Shown in pieces: positions 1-10,900 of a DNA stretch of 64,000 nt. This DNA is from Chrysomallon squamiferum (Eukaryota; Animalia; Mollusca), in NCBI GenBank assembly GCA_012295275.1, contig CM022670.1, forward strand, positions 41,168,001 through 41,232,000, in the 5' to 3' direction. Positions within the stretch are counted from its first letter, which is position 1, and every line of letters begins with the position of its first letter. The notes under the pieces are model-generated. The model was given only the letters and a program-made list of their open reading frames with translations. It did no database searches and had not been told where the DNA came from. The position numbers and the translations under genes were made by a program.

Positions 1-636
1 TGACATTTTGTAAGTCATTTTATCTATAAAATGCAATTCCTCAGACCTGTGTTATTATTTTAAAACCGTTAATTTTCACAAGAATTATTGAACATTGTTA
101 CTTCTATTTAATTTTTTTAATTCAAAGTCATGTGTTCCTGTTCAGTTAATGAATTAATGATATTTTGTCTAAGATATTTCTGAGACACGAGAGAAATAAA
201 AACATTTACTATGATGTTTTTATAATGAAATTGTTCTTCTTACTGCTAAAACTGCTTTTACTGATACTATTATCAGCACATATTTTTTTATCTTATAATA
301 TATTGTGGATTATTTGTTAGTATATTTGACAAATAACTCAGTACTCAGGACATACTGTAGAGCATTATTAAATGTAAAGTCATAATGTAAATATAATTAC
401 ATTTAAGATTAAAATGTGTTTTTATAATAACATTTCTTTACTTGTAAGTTATTCATTATGGTGTAATTAAAGAAAAGATTTTTGTTAAGTAAATTTCAAA
501 TCAGACCAGAAGCAAAAAGTATTACCAGTAATTAACTGAAATAAAAAATAATTAATACTAAATAAATAAATAATAAAAGTAATAATGTTTACTGCAGTAA
601 TATAAATACGTGTCACCTTTTTTTTTTTATCTACAG

Positions 637-669
637 CCACTAGATCATATAGACACTACTGAGTGTTAA
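637..669 (+). CDS. Terminal coding exon of an upstream tandem paralogue of the TRP channel (gene starts before the window)
   Basis: ctacag|CCA CTA GAT CAT ATA GAC ACT ACT GAG TGT TAA = PLDHIDTTEC*. It is nearly identical to the last exon of the full TRP gene at 23228-23260 (PLDHQDTTEC*) and lies inside a multi-kb paralogous segment. Confidence 0.75.
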   Translation, partial: PLDHIDTTEC

Positions 670-2572
670 AAACTGATTTTTAAAGGTGAAAATTTCCACA
701 AGTTCTACCAGTGATCAACAAACGTATCTAAAGGGACATTTGAATGTGTTTTGTTATTTACTGCATTACAATATCTGCTAATTAATTTTTATACCTTTCT
801 GTAAGAAATAAAATTATATTTACAATCTTTTAAGAAGATTTTTTTTTTTTTGTATCATAACATGATATATTATATTTATATAATGTTTTTCAGTAAGGCA
901 CTGTGTTTTTAATATGTAATTATATGCTCTGTTTAATATTTGTAATCTGTGTATACAAGGAATTGATTAGGGTTCAAGAATGCATATGATGGGCAAATCT
1001 AATATTTCTCCAAGCTGACCTGTCCAAACATATAAATAATTTTGTGGTATTAATGAAAAATTCAGTTACAAAAGGGCTTAGAATCCATTTTTACTTATGG
1101 ACTGACTGATAATAATTAACCATTACTTCGACCTAATTAGTTGTAAAATCAATGACATTCAACAGTAAAGGACCAATGAATTGTTAAGATATGTGCAAAG
1201 GCACTTACATCCTTTTGAGTTTTGCTTTTTGTTTTTGTTTTAAAATTGATAAATGGTATGTAAATTCTTTTGCATCTAAGCTCTTCAAATCTTTTTGTAA
1301 TAATGGTTCACACTAAATGTATTCATCTGCTTCTTTCATCTCCTTGTTATTCTGTAGTACACTGTGCTGAATACAGTTTTGAAGGTATATTTATACTTAA
1401 TTTTAATGAATGAATATATGAACCTTTTACACCTTTCTTATTGATCAATGTTTATGTCCAACTATAAAGAAATGAAGAGGTGTGTCTGAAAGATTTCATA
1501 GTGTTTTATAACTTTTTTAATCAATATTTTTTTTGGCATTTTATATTTTATATGTTCAAAATACACAATATATTTAGATGTTCTGTGAAACTAAGGTAGA
1601 CATGGTGAGTTCAATTTTATTGCTGAATTCTGTTTGTCTTGCCCTAACAGAGAATAAGACAAACGAGTAGAAATATGGAATATCTCTTCTCTTTTTATAA
1701 ATTAATAAATATTTGGTCTGAATACCTCTTAAGACATTTAAGTATGGATAAGGTGTTTGACATGTTTTATTATTATTATTATTATTATGACTGTCTGAGA
1801 GAAATTCTGCTGATACTATTCTTGAACTAAGTCTGGTAGCAAGTTTTCATTTGTGCCAAGATCCAAAATAATCCCAAAGACATCAAGAATATTTATCCTG
1901 TAAGAAACTGTTGTCTTATCACTGACTTTATTTAGGGATATGTTCAATTTTAGAATTTCGTTTTGTTAATTTGCATTACATATTTTGTTTATTAATTTAT
2001 TTGTATTTTTACCAAATTTTTTTTTAAATATGTTTTGATACCAATTTTTACAGTAAAATAAAATATGTCGTGTGTATTGATCTATTTTATAATTATATGA
2101 ACGATAAGACTTTGTAATGTAACGTGATGCATAACCTGAGCATGTGACTGTTAATACATTTATTTTTTATTTTTTAAATTAAATTAATCCATTGGTTGTG
2201 TTGAAATTTTTATTTATATGTCAATTTTCAATGAAAGAAATAATTGGTTTCCAGTTTGTTTTATTAATTATGACATTGCTTGAGTGTTTTCTTCTCTTTT
2301 TTTAATGATTTACTTAGTTTCCTTTAAAAACTTGGATTATTTTATTTTATATTTAAATATTTCTGTTTAATGTGTCAATTACTTACATCCCTAACTTAGA
2401 GAATGAAAAGTTTGAGAAATATTTTTGATACTGGTTTAAATCTGTGTCTGACATGTATACAAGAGCTAATAGCATGATTAAAAATGATTGAAAATCATGT
2501 TTTTTGTTATTGATATTCAGTTCTTATTTACTTTGTATGACCACTAAAACACAACAAAATACAATATATATA

Positions 2573-3221
2573 CATTGGTACCTTGACTTACGAGTTTAAT
2601 TCGTTTAACTCAATTTCTCGTATATCGGTTCAATTATTCCAACTGAAATCTGTTAATCCGTTCCAGCCAATTTGTTTTGTTGCTTTTTTTTTTTTTTTTT
2701 TTTTTTTTAACGTGTTTTTAAATAAGAAAAATGTGTTTATAAATAACAAAAATTGTATAAAAACAAAGTAAAAAAAAATTAAATTAAAGAAATAAATTGG
2801 TTTTGTAAAGCGTATTTATCTTGGAGATCAATCAGATTATTTTAATGCCTTTGTCTGAGTTATACTTTATCGAGCGTCAGTTTGGTACATATCGTAGAAG
2901 TAGTACGCTCGTACTGCTTAGCTAAGTCAACTACACGCACACCTCGCTCATGTTTTTCTATGATTTCATGTTTTAATTCAATGGACATCATTCGCTTCCG
3001 CTTCTCAGCACTCGCTTTCTTATTTCTGGTCAGAAAATAGAAATTTGGAAAAATACTGCACAAAACGGGAGCACAACACAACAGAGATACTGCAACGGCA
3101 AGGTAACCATGTGATGTAAAGGAGTGAAACGCGATATGCTGAAGCTTGCTCGCAACTCAAAGCAAAAATCGACCAGGCGACTCCTCGTAAGTTGGTGTAA
3201 TCATTAGTCGAGCTACCAATG
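2573..3221 (-). mobile_element. Internally deleted Tigger/pogo (Tc1/mariner superfamily) DNA transposon
   Basis: Terminal inverted repeats cattggtaccttgact (2573) and agtcgagctaccaatg (ending 3221), with TA at the left end. The minus-strand ORF 2860-3081 encodes KRKRMMSIELKHEIIEKHERGVRVVDLAKQYERTTSTICT, a pipsqueak/CENP-B-type N-terminal HTH as in Tigger transposases. The element is absent at the paralogous site (~26095-26135). Confidence 0.85.
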
Positions 3222-3379
3222 TGTGTGTGACAAAAATATGAACTGAATGGAATGTGTTGAAATAACTATAAAGTGATTTACAAGTGAAAGTGATTGTCAA
3301 AATGATAATGAAGTCATTTTACCTCTTTCTCAGATAAAGAAAAAACAAAACAATAAAAACAACATCAGTAATAATAATG

Positions 3380-3414
<35 letters not shown>

Positions 3415-4554
3415 TATATTTAAAAAATTAAAATTGTTATTTTAAAATTAAACTCAGTTTGTCATTACTAACTTTTGATTTTCATCACAAAAATCAGCAA
3501 CAAATATTTTTTACAGTCTGCCTGGATTTTCTTTTCATACAAGCTGGTAAAATTTATGACTTACTGAAACAACCTGCAATTCCATACAAGCTTATCAATA
3601 TTTTTGTTATTCTGAAACAAATATCTTTGAGGGTGAACAAAAACAACAAAAAAAACAAAACGAAAACAAACCATAATTGGATAATTTATGCAATTGTTTC
3701 TAAAAGAAACAAAACAAATGTGTGACATTAAATTCACACAAAATCTCATTCTTCATCCGATATCAATCAAATATCCTTGTGGTTTCGGTTTTGATGGAGA
3801 TAAACAACAATCTCGCGTGGTGCAGAAATAACGATGTTTTTTTATGTTATTATTGACTGAGACTGAATGTAATATATATATATTAAAATATAAACATTAA
3901 ATTCAATATACATTGCGAGTTTTCGTTTGTTTCTAGTTAGTATGTGTAATACTTTAACATACTTACCTTTTTAATTCGGTATGGGTTTAGAAGCAGAACG
4001 TGTGAGTTCCATAAAACCAAACTGATGTGGTCGTGGTCTAATTGTTTAATCGTGTTCTATCAGCAGACGGCAGTGTTTTGTGCAGTTTGTGAGTGTAATT
4101 CATTGTTTATCCATGGCTAAAAATTGCCGTATGAAAAACAGCACTTTTTATTATATGGTTATGTTAATTGTTTAATCTTACCGCAAGCATGCGAATAGGA
4201 AGCATTGCTTTATTTGGTAGATGAAAAAAAAAACAAAAAAACAAACAAACAAAAAAAACAACCAACATTCCGAAAATAAAATCTTGTCCATGATTATGTT
4301 ATTTAACGATAGTTTTTTTGTGTGTGTGTGTGTTTTCTCTCTTCCCTCTAATATTCTAACAGCGACAACTTCATAAATAAAGGAATTAACTGTAATAAAA
4401 TTATTTGTGTACTGAAATCATTTCAATGAAGAAAAACTATCTAGTTGTTTCTGTTCATCACTTTCTTCAAGGAAATAAAAATAATACTAATTGCGGTTAA
4501 TGAAGGCTTTATATTGTGCTATATTTTAAACTGCATTTGTTTATTTGTAAGCAG

Positions 4555-4930
4555 GTGCTCGTTGTTATTGGTAACCAATGAGTCCAAAATGGCGTCTGCT
4601 TTCACTGTGTTTCAGGTCTGCCTGTAAACTAAAGTAATGCTGATGAACACACAGCTGTAAAACATAAAACCAGGTTAGCTTTCTTATATATCGCTTCAAT
4701 TACATTATTCACTACAAACCATCAGGTTGTAAAATATTCTAAAATGGTTTTAATTTTGATTCTGAATGTAAAGAGTCGTTGGTAACAACACAAAACAAAT
4801 GTTTAGGCAAGCAAAACGGAAGTTAAATATCCAAATGTTCAAATAATAATAATAATCAACGAAGGAATTATACTTTTTTTTCTAAAATATAAATAAGTTT
4901 TAATGAATGCAGTAGTGAAGGCGGAAATAA
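4555..4930 (+). promoter_or_regulatory. Probable TRP promoter with X-box-like, CCAAT, YY1-like and ETS-like motifs
   Basis: gttgttattggtaac (4561-4575), then ccaat, then aaaatggcg (~4586), gtcgttggtaac (4775-4786) and cggaagt (4817-4823), all just upstream of ATG 5019. These motifs are degenerate in the intronic copy at ~7441-7760. Confidence 0.5.
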
Positions 4931-5018
4931 AACTACTGGGAATTAAATTTTATGTGTGTGTTATCAATACAGAAGCGCACTTTTAAATTTTATATTTTAT
5001 TTTAAGTTTAGAGTGAAA

Positions 5019-5307
5019 ATGGATGAAATAGACTATAAAAAGAAGAAAAAGAAAAAATCTAAAATATCACCAACCGAGGAAGTTAGTAACACAAGAGGAA
5101 AAGAAAATCAAGGATTTTCTATGGATAATCTCAACCATGTTGGGTGAGAAATATATATTAACTAAAATATGAAATAAGCAATGTGACTATAATGTCTGTT
5201 GTATTAGAAAGAAAGACAATTGTTTTGACTTGGTTTTTGAGCTACTAGCAATACAATTAGAAAGTTCCAACAAATTCTTTTAAATTACCTTTATTTTTTA
5301 TTTTTTT

Positions 5308-5367
<60 letters not shown>

Positions 5368-7870
5368 TATTTATTTATTATGACAAATATATGAAAGAAA
5401 TTTCTTTTATTAAATGACAGATATTTTAATACAGTTTACAACATATACTGGAAAAAGATTGTTTTCTTTCACCATCAATTTTTAAATTATTTTAAAGCAA
5501 ATAAACAAAATTCTTTCTGCAAACAACAAAGATCAAAATTTAAGAACTAATCTGGATCACCAAAATTATTCTACCAGTTTGATTTCATTTTTCTTTCATT
5601 CACATTATTTTTCAGTAATTTTAAAGATGTAGTAATGGAGGTGGGACACACTACAAATTTTCTTGAAGCAGTTATTAATGCCAGACACCAAGCCTCAAAA
5701 TGGAAAGGTTACGTGACAAGAAGAAGAATGCGAAAACGAACAGGTACAGTTATCAGGATATTTATTTATTTATTTATTTATTTATTTATTGGACTAAATT
5801 TTTATTTTTTTATTGTTTTTAATTTAAGTGTGTGTGTGAGTGTGTGTTGTTTTTATTTTACTGTTGTTTTTTGGAATGAGATTTGTCATTCTAGACTTGT
5901 ATGTGATTAACTAATTTAGACAGAAATAATTATTCACATCAAAAGAAAAATCCTGAAATGCCTACTCAGTGTGTATAAATATAAAAGCAGTAGACCAATA
6001 TGTTTAGTCAATCAGTTTGCCTTCATTCAACTTAATTATTTATGTTCACACACACACATAATGTAATCCTAATGCATTTAGAAAGTCACTTGTATATATT
6101 AAAATGATTAGAGCTAAAATCTTGAATATTAAATATAAGTTGACTAACATCATGCAGATGACACAAACTTCTGCTTTGTTAATAGCTGTATAAGTTGAAA
6201 ATTAACATTGTTGATCATCCCATTTTTCATTCTGTTAATAGCTGTATAAGCTGAAAATTAACATTGTTGATCATCCCACTTTTCATTCCTGTTACTGAGA
6301 TTTATTTTATATTATAAAAAAAATCAAATGTTGCAGTATTTTGTAGTTCAGACATGATTTTAAAATGCTTTATTTTTGGCAATAAATATCATTGGCTTCA
6401 TATTTTTAATTATTTATTTTATTTTATTTTATTTTATTTTATTTTATTTTGTAAATTATTAAAAAATATAGTTTACTTCCTGATCAGGTATTTTTATTTA
6501 AGTTTTGTTTATGTTTTATGTTTTAAGGTTTCGTTAAACGTAAGTTCAGTAACTTCTGTGTTGGTAGCATGTTTAAATTCTGCAATACTATGATTAACCT
6601 CTGATGTTCATTTTTCATATTATAGAATATCTGAGGTAATGTCAGGGGTTTAGATAAATACTGTTAGCATTACTATGCTTTTTACATATTTGTTTCCAAA
6701 TGCATTCCTTCACTCTTTTTACTTAAACTTCACTGTGAATTACTGTTGTTTACCAACAATGTCATGCATTAAACTAATTAACATCTAAAATCTGAATTTT
6801 TATCACTTTTAAAAATCTGCTAGCCACTGGTGTTGTAGTAAATAAAGACAAGGCCATACCTTAAAATAGAGAAAAAAAATACAACAAAAAACTTCAATAA
6901 TAATAATAAATAAATAAATAAATAAATAATCATAATATAAGAAAAACGTTTATGAAATTAATTTCATATAGTTCTTGTATGTAACTATTTAAAGGTTACA
7001 TTATTTAATGATGATGATGGTGATGATGATATGATTGTGTTGTTTTAAAGCATGGCCTGATAACATAGAACTATTTCTTTGAATTGTCTTTTAATACTTA
7101 AAATAAACTAACATTTTTTTCACTAAAACTTATTTTTACTAAACTGACAGCTGATGAGTGTCCATCAGGTATGTATTGTAGTTACATAGAGTAACAAACA
7201 CAATGCATGTTATTTGATGTTGGTAGATTTTATTTAAAACTAATCACATCGTGCTTCAGCAACAAACGAGCTTTTCAGTGTGTTAGTATTTTTTTATCCA
7301 TTCATTCACTGACTCACATTTTAGTCCAGATAAATTAGAACAAAAGTAAAAGTATGATTTACAGTTTTATGGATCCCTCAATCTCTGGAGAGTTTTTCAT
7401 TTCTATTTTTATCTGAGATCTGAAGATTATCTAAATTCACTTTGTTATTGATAACCAGTGAGTCCAAAATGTTGTCTACTCTCACTGTGTTTCATGTCTG
7501 CCTGTAAACTAAAGTAATGCTGATGAACACACACCTGTAAAATATAAAATCTGGTTAGCTTTCTTATATATCACTTCAATTACATTATTTGCAACAAACC
7601 ATCAATTTGTCTAATAAATTCTGAATAAAAAGAATACAAAAAAAATGTTTATTCAAAAAGTTAAATATTCAAATTTTCAAATAAACTTTTCAACTTAACG
7701 AGTTTGGATTTTTTTTTAAAAAATGATAAAATGAAAATTCAAGTTTTAATGAATGCAGCTGTACAGCTGAGAGCAAACAAAAATTTGAGTTTATTGCCTT
7801 TTGTATATATTTGATCATATATCTGTCACAATTTCTATTGCTTTGCAAATTTCAATTTTTATTTTATTTT

Positions 7871-7906
<36 letters not shown>

Positions 7907-10900
7907 TTTCATAATTTACAATTTTTCATGTTAAGATTTTATATGTGGATTAATAATATTAATAATATAACAACAACAACAGTAACATTAACCATTTCAA
8001 TTTGATATTCAATTTTTTTTATTATAGTTTTTGTACTCTTTCATTTCTTTATCCATTCATTCACTGACTCACATTTTTGTCCAGAACAAAAGTAAAAGTA
8101 TGATTTACAGTCTTATGGATCCCTCAATCTCTGGAGAGTTTTTCATTTCTATTTTTATCTGAGATCTGAAGATTATCTAAATTCACTTAAAAACAACTTT
8201 TTTTATTCATCTGTCTTTAATTTTCAGTGAATATTTTCACTTCATTCTATAACCAAATTGGTTTTAACAGACACTATCTCATTGTCAAAATAATATATAA
8301 ATGTATTATTCCTAAATTCCTAAATAAAATATTATTTATTTTTCACTAATACTATGTGGGAAGTTTTATTAAACAAGCCACTGAAAATTAGTTCGTTAAA
8401 TGTGTTTCCTTTTCTAAAACTGTGAAGTGGCAAAATTGTTCTAACATTTATTAAATATTTAAGATAGACAAACTTTCATGTATTGATCTCTGAATTATGT
8501 ATAGAATAATTAATTATAATTTGTTATCTGCATTGTGTATTATTATATTTGCTTTTTTCCATTATACAATAAATATTTAAATATTTTATATACTTCATAT
8601 ACAAACATAGGAAGCAAAGTATATGTGATAACCATGCCTAATTATCACTCTTGTATTTACAAAACTGGTTTGTTTACTTTTGTTTCCACAAATAACAGCT
8701 GTACTAGAACATGAATATGAACATCACACAGACCGAGAGACAACAGGTCAGTTAGGACTGGACGACATCCACCAAGACTTTGTGAGTACCCAGGCAGAGA
8801 TCAAAGCTGCATCATCAAAGGGTCTTAGAGATCAGAAAATGTGTGTTGCGAGCAATCAAGCATTAATACAATACTTTGCCAAACTTGGCCAATCTATTGA
8901 GGAAAATGAGACAATAAATCTGGATTTTGTTGAAACTCTGCTGCATGGTGGAGCAAACATAAACTGTACTGACAAACATGGACAGACAATTTTACATGAA
9001 GTAAGTGTAGCAGAAATTTCTTAGTCTTATTATTTTAGTCTTGAGCACATTGTCCAAGTGGTTTTTTAGTACCAGAGACTTTCAATTCAGTTTTCATGGG
9101 TCACTAGATCTATAAATCTTGATTATCTATATTTTCTGTCCTTTCATAAACTAATGATCTGTAAATGGCCTCCCTTAGAATTAAAACTTGTTTATTTACT
9201 ATTGTCCAGTTAATATTTTTAGAACTGTATTTGACTTTAATTATATTTAGGTTGCTCGAACATGGCATGTAGATGTTGCCAGATTTTTGATTGAACATGA
9301 AGCCAATGTCAATGCTGCTGACTTCTATGGCAGAACTCCACTCCATGTTGCAGCAGCAGTAGACTATGCAGACATGGTCAACCTACTCATTGACAACAAA
9401 GGTGTGTTATTGTTTTTCTTATTTACTAAGTATCTTCTGTCTCAAGGGGATTGATTGGTCCCAGTTTAAATCATCCAGATTAAAGATTATATAAACAGTC
9501 ACAGTGCCATTGTATATTGCTTCATCAAATATATAAATTTTCCAGTCATTAAAATGTGTAAACCGTGAATGTTTATTTTCTTATTGTCAGATATATAGGT
9601 AGGATATGTATATATAAATTAATTAAAACATTTAAAAATTGAGATTAATGAAGTAAAATCTGATTTCATTCAAGAATACAGAGTATCAATTATTCCTTTT
9701 AAACCACCAAAACTATGCAAGCTATTTTTGGACAACAGAAGTGTGTTTGAGATGTGCTGATTTTAAGTAATATGTTTTATATATAGTAGTAAATTATATG
9801 TGTTTATAAACAATTAGCTTTGTTGTCTGTTTCAGCTGACAAGGAAGCTCTGACAATGAAGGGAGAAGATCAGACTCCTGTCTATTATGCAGCTAAATCT
9901 GATTCCTGCAAGTCTTTGAAAGCTCTCATTAAAAGAGGATGTGAGTTCAAAAGAATCCGAGATGGCAAAGGTAGAACACCCATTCATGCTGCTGCTCAGC
10001 TAGGTAAATTTAAGATTTAGAAATTCTAATATTTGTTGTTGATATTTGTCTGTATGAATTGATATGTTTGTAATTAATCATTTTACAAATTGCTTTTTGT
10101 AGATGTTTTTTCTTTTTAGTACAAGGTAATCAGTTTCTTTTAAACAATTTATTTACTTTTTTGAAAATATAAATAAAAAAAAGGAATTTTTACTTCTTTT
10201 TAAAATAAATATTTCAACTTTATTGATTGCTATTATTATTATTATTATTAATCGGTTTTTAATTATCATTAAATAATAATATTTGTTTTATATTTTTATT
10301 TTTATGTATTTGTACTAATACAAACACACACACAAACACACACACACATACACACACAAATATATAAGTTTATAAAAAGATAAACATTTTCAGATCGCAG
10401 TGAGACAGCCAGGTTACTCCTAGATCTACAGGCTCCTGTAGGAGTCAGTGACAACTCTGGTAGAAAAGCCATCACCTGGATGATCACAAAAATGCCACCT
10501 GTGGTATGTACTATTAAACCTTCACAAAATTAATAGCATTTCCTAACGAACAGAAATGATAGATGTTTTACATTTGACATATTTGTATTGACATAGTTAA
10601 CATTTTCACAGAGATAGAGTTTATATATAAAATTTTCTGTGTTTTTCAGGCCAGTGAAGCTCTCAATCAGTTCCGAACAACGAATCGGCCAAACAGAGAA
10701 CAGTGTTTTTATCTCAATCTTCTAGTTCAAGATATAGGTGAGATGTAATAACAAATTTCTCTCTTAAGATTTTGTAATATTTCAGTTGGTAATTATGTTT
10801 GACTGTTATTAAATATTAGTTGTGGAAACTGACATACTCATGTACCTTCTCACAAATTTTAACCTCTAGTAAAGTGTATTAAATCTCACTGTCCAAATTT

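Larger units (their letters stand above)
1..4515 (+). repeat. Segmental duplicate of ~22656-26745 (TRP last intron, last exon, 3' UTR/flank and part of the INIP 3' region)
   Basis: Colinear matches by eye: 1 'tgacattttgtaagtca' ~22656; ~1055 'gaaaaattcagttacaaaagggcttagaatcc' ~23683; ~1800 'gaaattctgctgatactattcttg' ~24396; ~3310 'gaagtcattttacctctttctc' ~26210; ~4350 'aatattctaacagcgacaact' ~26578. Homology ends near 4515/26745. Confidence 0.93.

Noticed and set aside
6472-6635. Further AG...GT micro-segments of 16 nt (~6472-6487) and 10 nt (~6626-6635) in the TRP intron
   Set aside because: They are not frame-preserving alone or together, and such segments are expected by chance.
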